Assembly (NCBI GenBank): GCA_002269645.1
Contig: NIVC01000625.1
Span: forward strand, 62,001 to 126,000
DNA: 64,000 nucleotides
From: Macrostomum lignano
Taxonomy: Eukaryota
Direction: 5' to 3'
Shown here: one piece after another, positions 24,770 through 37,140 of the stretch
Layout: the number at the start of each line of letters is the position of its first letter
Position numbering within the stretch: position 1 is the first letter of the stretch
Made by a program: the position numbers and the translations under genes
The notes under the pieces: model-generated
The model's input: only the letters and a program-made list of their open reading frames with translations
What the model was told of the DNA's origin: nothing
The model's database searches: none

Positions 24770-27334
24770 TCAGCCGTCAGCCTCGAGCAGCGCAGCCAGC
24801 TCCGGCTGCCCCAGCCGGCGCAGCAGCCGCCACAGCACCAGGCGGGCGGCGCCGCAGCACCGGTCCAGGCCGGACAGCCAGTCTTCCAGCGGCTCCGTCG
24901 GCTCCGGCAGCGGCTTGCCAAGGCCGCCGGTCAGCAGCAAGCCGCCGTCCTCAAGGCCGTCGCGTAGTCGCTGCGCCAGCTCGACTGCCAAGCGGCGCAG
25001 AACGTTGCGCGGCGTGTCGGCCAGCGGCTTCAGAAGGCGCCGGCTGTGGCGGCCGAGAAGGCTCCGGACTGAGGCGTCTGGTGACGTCCGGAGCCACTGG
25101 TCGTCTTCCAGATCCACCTGGAGTGATTCGTTTAATGTTCGGCTTTATTTAGTGGCTGACATGGTCAGCTGGCTCATGGATTGCTAGTCTAGCTGATGGA
25201 TTACTAGTCTGGCTCATGGATTGCTAGTCTAGCTGATGGATTACTAGTCTGGCTCATGGATTGCTAGTCTAGCTCATGGATTACTAGTCTGGCTCATGGA
25301 TTGCTAGTCTAGCTCATGGATTGCTAGTCTAGCTCATGGATTACTAGTCTGGCTCATGGATTGCTAGTCTAGCTCATGGATTGCTAGTCTGGCTCATGGA
25401 TTGCTAGTCTAGCTGATGGATTGCTAGTCTGGCTCATGGATTGCTAGTCTAGCTCATGGATTGCTAGTCTAGCTGATGGATTGCTAGTCTGGCTCATGGA
25501 TTGCTAGTCTAGCTCATGGATTGCTAGTCTGGCTCATGGATTGCTAGTCTAGCTCATGGATTGCTAGTCTAGCTCATGGATTGCTAGTCCATGGACTAAT
25601 CCAGCATCCAAAGGTGCTCAAAACTCACCTGCGCCAGGCCGCCAGTCAGCAGCAGTTCGCAGGATTCCACCGCGCCAGCCTCCGCAGCCGCAGCCAACGG
25701 GCTGAGGCCGCGCCCGCTGGCTTGCCGGGCCTCCCAGTCGGGCAGCAGGCGCTGCCTCTCAGCGAAGTCGCGCAGTTCGCGCAGGCCGCAGTCGGAGTCG
25801 GGTCGGCGCGCCAGCCAGTGCACCGGCGTCCAGCCCTCTGCGTCTGGCGAGTTCAGCGCCTCCGTCAGGCTCTCCCGGAGCCACCGCAGCTGCGCCCCAG
25901 CCTCGTCGGCTGTCGGCTCCGCCTTTGCTGCCTGATTTGCCTGAGCAGCTCCACTGCAAAGTTGAGCGCGATTTGCTGCTTCATTTTAATAATAATAATA
26001 TAATTATGAAACATTATTAATACAGTTGCGAAAAAGGCTGCGGGCATCCTCGCGCACAAATTCTGCCCATTCCGCCATTCCGCTGACTTCTGACCTGACC
26101 TGAGCTGGGTGTACAGCGGCACTGAAGTTCCAATCGTCAGGCATGCTCTCGGTGCCTGGGGGCTGGCCCTCATGGCTGTGGATCGCACTCTCGGTGCCTT
26201 GGGGGCTGGCCCTCATGGCTGTGGATCGCACTCTCGGTGCCTTGGGGCTGGCCCTCATGGCTGTGGATCGCACTCTCGGTGCCTTGGGGGCTGGCCCTCA
26301 TGGCTGTGGATCGCACTCTCGGTGCCTTGGGGGCTGGCCCTCATGGCTGTGGATCGCACTCTCGGTGCCTTGGGGGCTGGCCCTCATGGCTGTGGATCGC
26401 ACGGCAAGCCCGACGGCCACTTTCTCGTGCACACATGCCCCAAACAGCCAGTCAGCCAGTGCGGCCACCTGGCCTGCATGTGTACCTGTCGGCATCCACT
26501 GGCGCCTGCGACTGCCCTTGCTCCGCCAGGTGGCGCCGCTGCTCCAGCAGTTCCAGGGTGGCCTCCAGCTCCTCCAGCACGACGCTGAACACTCTAGGAC
26601 GTCCAGCTGCTGCCGCTGCGGCTGCCAAGTGCAGGGTGTTCCTGCCGCGTCTGTCCACTCCCAGCCGGCAGCAGTCCCTGGCGGAGGAGGCGTCGCCATG
26701 CCGGGCGCAGCGGCAGCAGCAGCGGCAGCCGCAGTGCAGGAGCCGCTGCCGCAGCAGGCGCCGAAGGACGGCCTCGTCTGCCGGCTGCTCGGCATTGATC
26801 GCCAGCGCCAGGGCGTCCTCGCCGGTGTCCGGCGCCCGGCACCCGATGCCGCGCAGATTCTGGGCCGCCTCGGCCATGGCCAGCAGCCTGCTGGCGGCCG
26901 TCCAGCTGCGGGCGGCCACCGCGGCGCCGACGGGCGCTCGGCCGGAGCAATCGGCAGCGCCGAGGACCTCCGGCGTGAGGCTGAACAGGCGCTCCAGACT
27001 TTGCTCGGCGTCGCCGTCGGAGTCGCAGAACAGAAAGCAGGCATCCGCCACGGCCTGCCGGTACTTCTGCATGGCGGCCAGGTGCTCTGCTGTCAGCTGG
27101 ACCGCCCCCGCGGACGGCGGCTCCAGCTTGACTCCGGTGTCTGCTGGGCGGGAATATGATGGCTTTTGCTGTCACGAATTTGGGTCGAATTCACAAGCTC
27201 GAAGCTTCACGATTTCGACGACGTGAAATCGTTGAAAGGCTCTTGACGACGGGAAATTTTAAGCTTCTTACCCTAAAAGTGCGTTTTTTCAGGCCCAGGT
27301 GGGGAATAAAAACATGAACCGACTCACCGCTCAT
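24770..27334 (-). CDS. Ankyrin-repeat + C-terminal death-domain protein, resembling the IkB-like C-terminal half of NF-kB p105/p100; preferred exons 27334-27328, 27143-26486, 25953-25629, 25117-24770 (~445 aa)
   Basis: Micro-exon ATGAGCG|GTGAGT. Ankyrin-like repeats (DCSGRAPVGAAV, DRRGRNTLHLAA, DAEGWTPVHWLA, GLSPLAAAAEAGAVESCELLLTGG). Last exon has a death-fold pattern (LEDWLSG...LWRLLRRLGQPELAALLE). Phases are compatible; junction 2/3 has an alternative. Confidence 0.72.
25186..25590 (+). repeat. 20-bp minisatellite (GCTCATGGATTGCTAGTCTA)n, ~20 copies, intronic
   Basis: Tandem unit directly visible. Confidence 0.96.
26145..26402 (+). repeat. 43-bp tandem repeat, ~6 copies, intronic
   Basis: CTCTCGGTGCCTTGGGGGCTGGCCCTCATGGCTGTGGATCGCA units. 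Confidence 0.95.
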
Positions 27335-28130
27335 CTTTGTCAGTCGCAGCGGAGGAGGCTGTGAAGTCAGCAGAAAATTATTCGGCATTCATTCCATTGC
27401 TAGCTTGCGTGCGTCTGCGCTTTATCAGGGCGCTGGGACCAAAAACTCAACAACCCCACCCCCGCCTCCTTGCGGATGGGTGTCGCGCCTCAGCCAATCA
27501 GAAACCGGCTTGTGCAGCGAGAGAAAAGCCACGGACTTCTAAATTTGGGAATCTGGATTGGAAATTGGCTGGCCCAAGAAACACTGGACTGCAGTGGAGT
27601 CTAAAAATTCTCAGATACTGCAAATTTGTTTGAACCATGCGCTGAGTCGGCAGCGGAGTTCCCGCACTCCAGACGCTAGATCTAGAACTCCTTGGCAAGG
27701 CCGGGTATGTGTGCACCAGCTTGTGCGCAGCTAGTTCGCTGCCCTTTCTTGAACAGATGCCTCCCTCTCCGTGCAGCAAGGCAGAATGATTGGCATGCGA
27801 GCTACCTGGGGTGTCTTGCCTTGCCTTATCTGCAGCAGCAGGAGCAGATGCACAAGAAACAATTAAGGTCTTGCAGCCCTGTAGTATCTATCCATTATGT
27901 GACTGCGTGTATCAAAGTTGGATTCAGGTCATCGCTGCACGATTTCAGTGCTGATACAGGAGTCACCGTGTAAACAGCTGGTGCTAGAAATCGCTAGGCT
28001 GCCAGAAATTCAAGTTCAAATCTTTATTAAAACAAATTTGGTGCAAAACTTGGACCAGGTTTCGCTTGGCTTATTTGATAGGGCCAGCTTCGAAAACACT
28101 GCAGTCAGTGTCACCAGGTGCTGAATTGCC

Positions 28131-28565
28131 CTCCTCTAGCACCCTGTCTGCACCCTCTAGCGCCCTGTCTGCACCCTCTAGCACCCTGTCTGTCCCCTCT
28201 AGTACCCTGTCTGTTCCCTCTAGCACCCTGTCTGCACCCTCTAGCACCCTGCTCTAGCACCCTGTCTGTCCCCTCTAGTACCCTGTCTGTTCCCTCTAGC
28301 ACCCTGTCTGCACCCTCTAGCACCCTGCTCTAGCACCCTGTCTGCACCCTCTAGCACCCTGTCTGCACCCTCTAGCGCCCTGTCTCCTCTGTCCCCTCTA
28401 GAACCCTGTATGTTCCCTCTAGCACCGTCTGTCCCCTCTAGCACCGTCTGTCCCCTCTAGCACCGTCTAGTCCCCTCTAGCATCTGTCCCCTCTAGAACC
28501 CTGTATGTTCCCTCTAGCACCGTCTGTCCCCTCTAGCACCGTCTGTCCCCTCTAGCACCCTGTCT
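28131..28565 (+). repeat. ~21-bp minisatellite (CTAGCACCCTGTCTGCACCCT)n downstream of the calpain stop codon
   Basis: Tandem unit visible; a related array lies at 58681-58855. Confidence 0.93.
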
Positions 28566-28832
28566 GTTCCCATCAAGCAGTTCTTTTCCATTGCCAGTGA
28601 AAGAAAAAATCTCAATACACAAAACACTTAAGGTTTTAACATAGGGATTCTAGTGCAGCTTGATGGGAGTTGATGTTAAATTAAAAAAATGATGTAATTG
28701 TTCAATAACCAACATGAGACAGTACTCCAGAGGGCGTGTTTTGAAGCAAATATTAGTTAAAGGGCGCTATGGAGAGTTTTTGTTATTCCAAGCCATTTTG
28801 CGGCGGATGAAGCAGAGGCGAATCCATGCAAG

Positions 28833-31800
28833 CTAAGAGTAGAGCGCCAGCTGAAGAAGCTGAAAGTGAAATTCAAATCAGGCATGAGTTTTTAAATCGT
28901 ATTTAACTGAATATTCGTTCGTAAAATACAAAATCGCAACCGACAAATTTGCACAATTGTAACAACTTGCCTCATCCAAGCCGAATGAGGTCTGGGCCTT
29001 CCCATCGCTGTTCTGGGCCCTGAAACTCTCCAGAATGGTCCTCATGCGGACGCACAGAATCACAAAATCGTCGAACTTGATGGACCCGGACTTGCCAGCG
29101 TACCGCATCACCAGGGACTGGTAGATCTTGTTTGGCACTCGGTAGCCTGAAGTTTGGAAGGCCGATATGGTTTTATTGAGCTGATAGGGAACCTTCGGTT
29201 TGTAAACTCTTAGCTTTACTGAACCGAAGTTTTTAGTTTGTTGCTGGGGGCTTTCGGCACCCCCGCCAATCAAGGCAGCAGGCGACTCTACTAGTAGGTC
29301 ACAAGTACGGCTCGTAGTGATGCCGGTTTCGCTCATCCAGAGTAAGCACAGGCCCACACTCACGCAGGATGTACAGCGGCCCCGAATTTCATCGTCAGGC
29401 ATGAACAGTCTGCACCCAAAGACTACTCAAAGTAGAAGGACGGGAAACTACGTTTCTTGGACATTTTAGTAGGCAGGTTTTACCGAAAGACTACATTACG
29501 GTGATAGCAGCCCAAAAAATGTTATTACTTTTGATCGGAGGCAGACTCAGTGTTCATCTTTTGATATAACTTGCCTTTCTTATAGCTCTATTGATAAGGC
29601 AAGATATATCAAAATATGAACACTCTCTTCCTATCAAAAGCAATGTAATAATATAGCATGGTTTCCGAGGTCTTTAATGATATGGCCGAGGGGAACGAAG
29701 CTCTCGATGCTCTATGGTTATTGCTACACGATGATAGTTTTCATAGCTATTTTTAAAATAGACCTAAAAACGGATCGGTCCGAGGACGCGAAAGACCGCT
29801 TAACTGGGAATCACGCATTAATGACCGATGTCGATTTTTCTTATGTCTGTGGCCAAAACCCACAGAATTGGAAAGAGAGGGACGCGAGAGCCAGAGCCAT
29901 CAGAGAGCGCTAATAGACATTCACTGGCGACAAAATGGAGGACGATTCATCATATCCCACCGGTCTACTGCACATTGAATACGGTGACATCGTCGGACTG
30001 ACAAAGGCCGAAATAGCAGCACGAATGGAAGCCGACAACATTCTATTCGCCATGGAATGGACGTGAACAGTCTGGAAGACATGGCTTCCGGATTCGCCTC
30101 GAGGATTGAGGATTCGACGATCTCCGAACTGCTGGACTCTAGAGCTACGACCAACGAAGACATCGAGATTATTATGCGTGACCTGGATCTGGTAGAGGTG
30201 TGCTGGACATGAGCCGCCGGTAAATGGCCCTCAAGATGCCAGTCTGTCTATTGCTGAAACCACATGTACAGCTACAGTTACCACGGCTTCATCTGCTTCC
30301 AGTGGTGGATTCCATGGAACCTTCAGCGGCTGTACGTTCAATGTCTATTACAAGTGAGAATTCTAATTTGAAACATGGTGACAATCTGTTGCGTTGAACA
30401 ACAGTAGTGCATTATTAGTGACCTATAAAGTTTCATTGTTATTGGCTGCATTGTATTTTTTCTCTCGGCTTGTTCTATCGTTGTTTATGTTAATCGTTGG
30501 ATTTTAAAAAGTCATATACAACAAATATATGTCTTGCTTCTTGTTGAGCTTCAAAGCGACCATAGACAATATAAATCGCAGTGTAATTCCGGGATTCCCT
30601 AGGGAAATCCCAGGGACGCGAAAGACCGCTTTCATGGTGTAGCAATAGCATTTTTTGTGCTGAAAAGATTAAAACCTATCTCCGAAATGTAGTCTTTAGG
30701 TAAAACCTATCTCCGAAATGTAGTCTTTAGGTAAAACCTATCTCCGAAATGTAGTCTTTAGGTAAAACCTGTCTCCTAAATGTAGTCTTTAGGTAAAACC
30801 TGTCTCCGAAATGTAGTCTTTAGGTAAAACCTATCTCCGAAATGTAGTCTTTAGGTAAAACCTATCTGCGAAATGTAGTCTTTAGGTAAAACCTATCTCC
30901 GAAATGTAGTCTTTAGGTAAAACCTGTCTCCTAAAAATTTCCTAGAAACGTAGTTGTCACTAGTTGAGTAGTCCTTGTCTGTGCCTTTGGAGTTGGTCTT
31001 CGTGGTGTGAATCGCACGACGCACCAGCTCAGGGGAAATTTTAGTACGCGATTCCCAAATTAATCCGGCTGAGCACAGAAGGGAACCCAGGTTACTTTGA
31101 TTCTTGTACAAGAGAATCAGGCGAGTTACCACCGCTGAGCTACTCTGTGCCATCCCAACCCCCAACCACAGCTCAGAAACAGCGCAATCCCCAGTGGAGC
31201 ACGGACCCATGCATCCCAGAGCGGCGCGCAGCTCAAAGCTGTTGAAGTCGCCCGAGCTGTCAGCGTCGAAGGCCTTGAACACGACACTCCAGAGCCGGAG
31301 GCACTTCCAGAGCGCTTTGAACTCATCGAATTGCAAATAGCCACTCTGGTCAACGTCAACGAATGCAAGAAGCGATCGGCAAGCCTCCTTGGAGAAGCCG
31401 GTGAAGCCCGAAGGACCTGTAGGAAAAGTTCGTTGTTCGTTTTATTTTATTTTGAAAGTGACTTGTGAATGCTGAACAAGTAACAAGTGCGTAAAAAACT
31501 ACCTGATTTGGTGAACGCCATGTTCAGGATCTCCATCAGGTCCTCCACAACGAAGCCGGGCCGATCGCCCATCAGAATGCTGAAAGCTTTGCACGCGGCG
31601 GCCTCCATCAGCTTCTCCCTCTCGGTTGGTTCCACGTTCTTTTCTGAGTCAGTCCCGCCACCGACGGTGCCGAGTTCCTGCTCAGAAGAAGTTGGTGGCT
31701 GTTGAGAATTTAGCGTTCCAACGTTTTCGAAGTTTGGTTACCTTCCAGCTGCTTTAGATGCGGCTGCAAATATTAGTTCAGTTTTTCACCTTCCTATAGA

Positions 31801-33772
31801 AACCTGCGCACCATCCATTTTTAAAGAAGTTTCCCTCACTCACCTCGACTTCGGGCACATTCACGGTGTCGTCCATCTCGTCGGATTCGTTCGGCTGCTC
31901 AGAGTAGATCCGGAGCAGGAACTCCGCCTCCATGTTCGGATCGAAGGTGCTGGGCACAATAATGTAGGTGCCAGGAGCCAATTTGTGCCGGCCGGTGATC
32001 TCGCGGGTATCGCCGAATGTCGGCGACCTGGCGGCACTGGCCTTGTACTTGAAGAAGTTCATTTCCTTCGGGCCCGGCGGATCCGACTCGCCAACTTGGT
32101 AGAGGATGTAGCCGATGAAATGATTTGCTGCCCCCTGCTTTCGCATGTTCTTCTGCATGAGCCCGATGATCACTGAGCCCAGGTCCTCATCATCGCCCTC
32201 ATCGGGGTCCACAATTTTCACTTGGAATTGCGGATTCAGCCAAAAGGAGTCCAGGTACTTGCGGCAGCCTCCGGCGTTCACGTTGCGAACCCAGCTGCCG
32301 TGGTGGGTGATGGCTTCCCAGCGCGTCTTTCCCGCGGTGCTGTCCTGTCCGAGGGAGTCGGGACCCAGGTGGCAGATCTCAACCTTGTGGAAGTTCTGCG
32401 CAAAGTCGTCGAAACTCATCCAGAATTCGCCGTCGTCGGCATTCGACAGGCCGATGCGCTGCTTTTCTTCGACACTTAGCTGGTCCCATTCGCTGGAGTC
32501 GTCTCCCCAGCTGCCCTTCCACTCCTCCTCGTTACCCCAAGGATTTCTGATTCTCACAAGACACTCCTCGTCACCAGACAGCAGTTTTACCTGAGGATTG
32601 TTTTACATTTTCAACAGTTACGATACGAGCTCCTTATATATATTTGAGTTTAAGAGAATAATTACCTACCTTTTCTACAGCCGTAATGGAGTAGGCATGC
32701 CCCATGATCAACCCATTTTCCAACCTGGCCTCAATTTGATTGGCATCTGCATTGATTCCGCAGCCCATCAGCGAGCACCTCTTTGTCGCCTTATGCATAG
32801 TCTCAAACAACTCAGCCGAAGGCCCGTTAACAAGATCGAAGAATTCGGTTATTCCTCCAGTAAAGTCCTCCATGGCCTCGGAGCTGGAGCCACCGACAAG
32901 AGCTCGGTAGCTGCCCATTGTTTTGGCATATGCTTTTTCCAGGAGAGCAGACCAGAACTCATCCGAGTCCGCTGAGTGCATGAAGATCAGCTGGTTAGCA
33001 TAGGTAGGCAGACGGTCGTCAATCCAGATGTCTTTCCACTCGCCAAACATCCAGAAACGAAACTTGAACATTCCGCAGTATTTTTTATCGAAAAACTCCT
33101 GGTCAGTTGGCACTACTTGGTCGAAGAGGTCCTGGTACATCGACAATGAGGCCACGGCTGCCAACAACCAACAGTCTCCTAGAACAGGGATTAACTAGCT
33201 TTAATTTATTTGAAACTTGAGCATCTGCCGATCTCAGCACCACCCTGACTCGAAGTCCTGGACTCACCGATCGCTCCTTGACGAACATCAAATCGGCTTG
33301 TGCCATCGCTGACAAACTTTGCCGTGTCGCAAAACTCCTGAAATTTATGGAATTAGCCGTGATTATGAGTGTACTTTTAACAGTGCTATCGTTCTGTGAA
33401 TAAATGGTTTCATTCTACGGATCGTCTTACTGGAGGTCGCTTCCAGACAATCTCAGCTCCCGGAGGGAGGGCTTCATACAGGTCATCAGGCAGCACAGAA
33501 TCGTCGGCCGGAAACTCCAGGTCCTCGAACAGCTCACCCTTGGACCTCAGCTCGTCCTGCTGAGCCAGCAAGCTTTGCTGGCTTCGCCGCAGCTCCTCCG
33601 ATACTTTGACAGCCAGTCGATTTGAGCCTTCAAAGAACGCCATGGCTGGTGAGTGTTGAGAGAGAGAACAGCAGCGACTCAAGCCTGCACTTCGATCTAC
33701 CTTACCTGGCGCGAACAATTTAGAGGGCTCGTAGGGGTGCACAGAGGGTGGCTGCCATTCAGCCGATTCCAT
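28833..33772 (-). CDS. Classical calpain (CysPc + C2-like domain III + penta-EF-hand); exons 33772-33706, 33645-33431, 33337-33268, 33178-32670, 32590-31844, 31698-31503, 31416-31207, 29146-28971, 28859-28833
   Basis: FEDLEFPA and WKRP motifs; catalytic QGAIGDCWLLAA (Cys), GHAYSIT (His), RIRNPWG (Asn); domain III AGGCR...NPQF and PSTFDP; EF-hands DVDQSGYLQFDEF and DADSSGDFNSFEL; C-terminus LLQLALYS*. All junctions are in phase. Confidence 0.96.
29549..30660 (+). mobile_element. Probable internally deleted Crypton-like (tyrosine-recombinase transposon) relic
   Basis: Broken ORF pieces SGFASRIEDSTISELLDSRATTN (~30057-30210) and GTFSGCTFNVYYK* (30316-30357) resemble N- and C-terminal motifs of animal Crypton proteins. 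A 29-bp hairpin (29549-29624) and a 17-bp direct repeat GGACGCGAAAGACCGCT (~29783, ~30613) are present. No recombinase core remains. Confidence 0.45.
30671..30932 (+). repeat. 31-bp tandem repeat (AAAACCTATCTCCGAAATGTAGTCTTTAGGT)n, ~8.5 copies; an amplified subterminal segment of the right inverted arm
   Basis: Period 31 (30671, 30702 ...); a single inverted counterpart lies at ~29474-29501. Confidence 0.95.
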
Positions 33773-34780
33773 TATTCCCGCCAGTTTTCTTGAGCGCGCG
33801 GTATCTCAACCAGACACAGTTGAGAGCCGGGGTTCGCTGGGGACATGCAGGGTCCGCAGAGGGGGGCACATTGTCTGCCTGCAGCTGCTGCAATAGAAAC
33901 TGCACTGGGGTGCTATAGCAAGACTCAAGACTAGGGCGCCAATGAAGCTCTCTGTTACTCAGCGAATGCAGAAGCTCGAGCTTTCTCTCGAGAAGGGGTC
34001 TGCCTACAATGAATGGTTCGGGTTGGAAATGAATAAGCATTACAAATTAAAAAGAGGAGCGTGCAGAAAGACAAGCGTAGCACGCAGCACAGCAGCACAC
34101 TACCAGGCCAGGGCATTATAAAACGAGATATGGCTCGTAAGAATAGCAAAGGAATCATGAATTGCTATTTGCTGGCAGCCGAATTTTTTTATTAAAGTTC
34201 ATTTATGTAATATAAAAATGTACAATCACGGTATATGCCTCACAAAATCAATGGATTTAAAGCTTTCTAATTTACATAATGTATAATAATAATATATACA
34301 ACCTTAGTTCATAATGTATGAAAGCTATGAAAAAACTGTCAATATTTCAAAGCTGTAGTCTTCGTACGAGTAAATCGCCGTAAGTAAATTGCAGGAAATC
34401 TGACATTTAATTGTCGAATTATGCTGCTCTGTTATGTTTTTCTAGCTTTGCATAGCTTTTTACTATGTCTACTTCACGTTTAACAATCCGTCAAAAAAAC
34501 TGCGGAAAAATGGTTATGCGTAGCCGACTTTACTCTGCAATCGATTTCAGGATTTGTTCGCTACTTACTACTGTAAGTAGATATATAAGTTCAGTAGTAG
34601 TGTAGCAAGATAGTGCAAAATAAATGTTGCATACTAACTTGTCAGCGGCATGACATCTATATTTAGGGACATTTCATTTCCTTGTTGATACAGAAATGGG
34701 ACATAGCTCGTAGAATAGAAGCGAAATTTGTAAAATAAGACTTAGAATTTCGACGTAGATTCGAATCAAATGATGTGAAG

Positions 34781-35440
34781 CAGGGGTGTCGATTCCCCGG
34801 GGAATTTTCTCATCGGGGACCCCGGGGAAAAAAATAAGTAAAAAACGGCGGTTAATTTAAATCAAAGTGAAAAAATGCCACTTAAGAAAAGATCTAAGCC
34901 TTGGACTACATGTTCAAGGCGCAAGGGTAAAAACTTTAAACAATGTTTATTTAAAACTGTATATTGACAACGTGGCACGTGCATGCATCACCAAATCGTG
35001 CGCGCACCTTTGTCAGAAAGAGCCCAGACTCCGGAGGCGGAAAATGCATGATAAGCAAGCTATAATTAATTAATGAATGAGACGACTGTTTTTTTATAAT
35101 CGGAATTTTTATTTCTTGCAGATAAATCACCGTTTTGTCCTTGTCTAATAAGGACTAAGGAGTATTTTGACAAAGGTGCGCGCACGATTTGATGATGCTA
35201 CGCTGTCAAATACAGTTTTAAATAAACATTGTTTAAAGTTTTTACCCTTGCGCGTTGAACATGTAGTCCAAGGCTTAAATCAATCAAAGTAAAAAAATGC
35301 CACTTAAGATGTGGCATTAATGCCACTTAATTCTCCGCCGTTTTTTACTTATTTTTTCTTTTCCCCGGGGTCGCGGGGGAATGACAGTAAATTCTCCGGG
35401 GTCCCCGATAAGAAAATTCCCCGGGGAATCGATATCCCTG
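34781..35440. mobile_element. Foldback MITE (CAGGG termini, hAT-like), ~240-bp inverted arms
   Basis: CAGGGGTGTCGATTCCCCGGGGAATTTTC ... GAAAATTCCCCGGGGAATCGATATCCCTG; internal arms mirror each other. No clean 8-bp TSD seen. Confidence 0.85.
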
Positions 35441-37133
35441 CATGACACTATGTCCTATAGACTATAGTCCCAAGCTAAGCCCAAGCTGTAATTTAATCGA
35501 AGCTACAATACCAGCATGAACTTAAATCAAATTCGCTATTCCGTTTAGAATTCAGACCAGACTCAGACTGGGTTCGACTTTCGATTTTCGAACTTTCTAA
35601 AATAGAAAATGGCGCCACTTTGATATTAGATGTAAGAAAAATAGAATGACTGAAGTAAACAGCTATTAATCTAATCTCGTTTTTATAGAACCAGTTCGCT
35701 CTAACTGCGTCATTTGCCTTTGGAATTTTTAAAGCAGCATTAGCAATAACATTTTCAGACAGAAGGTACGAGGGCAAAAGACAAGAGACAAAAAACAGAT
35801 AGTTAACCAGTACCATAACCATACCAACGGAAAAACACAAGCTTTCCGTTCTACTTCGCCTTTCCGTCCATTTTGCATAGCTTTGCTTTTGAGCCTTTAT
35901 TCTAGAGAGGTCTAGTACGAAAGAACTAAAAAAGAGAGGCTAACAGCTGTTTCCAGTGTACAGCTTGTGTTTTCTGTACACTGTATGGCAAGGCAAAACC
36001 TCAGCTGGACCTAATCGATATTTCTCGTCTTTCCAACTGTCTCCCTTCTCTTTCCAACCCACAACACACTGGCTAAGCGCTGACTAAGAAAATAGCTATC
36101 GTCCAAGGCCCAAGCCAAACTCTGGGTATGAAAACTCTTTCCGAAAAGGCTGATATAGAGTGTACATTTGTTAGTGTACACTCTTATCTTCTGTAGGGAA
36201 TGCTGAGGCCACTGGTTTATCGATTTTCCGTCTCTCCCTTCCCTCATTCACCCTGTCCCTAGCTGCTGGCTCTTGTAGATAGAATAGGCAGGGGAAGTCG
36301 TTTGTGGAGCATCCAGTAATTAGAGCACGGAGAGGAGCGGGCCGGGGTAGAGTGTAGACTCCTCTTCGTCTTCGCCTCGTCCGCTGTTCTGTTGCCTGTG
36401 CATGCGATTTGAGTCATACCATGGCAATCGGCAAGCAAGCAGGCCAGGCAGAGACGGTACACTGCATTTGGCGCAAACATTTTTTATCACAACTGGTTTT
36501 AGACTGTCGACGAGAATATAGCCTATAGGTGAACTGCGCGAAGCATACAGATTGAACCGGATATGTGCAATAAAGCAATATTGATTTTGAAAATTAAATT
36601 CTTCACTAAGTTACGTAGGGCTATATCTATTAAATGTAATAACAGCAAGGATAAGAGTTTGTGCTTGCGAAGATAATGCTAATTTGATGGGATGTTAATT
36701 GGGAAACAAATGCAAACCGCGTCGCTGTCATGACGCCGATGAAACGGTTCAAACGAACTTAAAATTATATATATTGACCGAGGGCAACAACTAAAGTTCC
36801 ACATGACAAGAATGGGTGCGAATCAAGGGCAAGAAAATCATGTGACTCTCAGGGGTAGGTGGGGTGGGGGTTGGTTGGATGGGGGGTTGGTTTGTGGGGT
36901 TGACGTGGCGTCTTGGAAACCCTTTCCAGTGCCAGTCCAAACCTGCCACGCGGAAAGCGCATGACTGATAAGAGCCGAGTAAGTACACTCTACGAGCGCG
37001 TATTGGCCCACTATTGGTTAAAGTGAAGGCCAAACCACGTACAAGATTCAACGTCAGCTGCGCGTAGTCAAAACGACGACAGTAAAAATAGTCTTTGAAT
37101 CATAGACTACGACAACCCCCCCAAACGCCTCTC

Positions 37134-37140
37134 TATAAAA
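37134..37140 (+). promoter_or_regulatory. Candidate TATA box of the polyubiquitin gene
   Basis: TATAAAA 111 nt upstream of the ATG. Confidence 0.6.

Larger units (their letters stand above)
29412..30984. mobile_element. Inverted-repeat-bounded composite element in calpain intron 7
   Basis: Left arm GACTACTCAA...AACTACGTTTCT...GGTTTTACCGAAAGACTACATT (29412-29501) is the reverse complement of the right arm (30880-30984). Confidence 0.7.

Noticed and set aside
26100-26155. Possible extra 56-nt exon (GTESMPDDWNFSAAVHPAQ) of the ANK-DD gene, with an acceptor formed by the last 43-bp repeat unit
   Set aside because: Needs a weak donor (CAG|GTGGCC at 26469). The simpler 26486-to-25953 junction is in frame with stronger sites. 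Kept only as an untested alternative.
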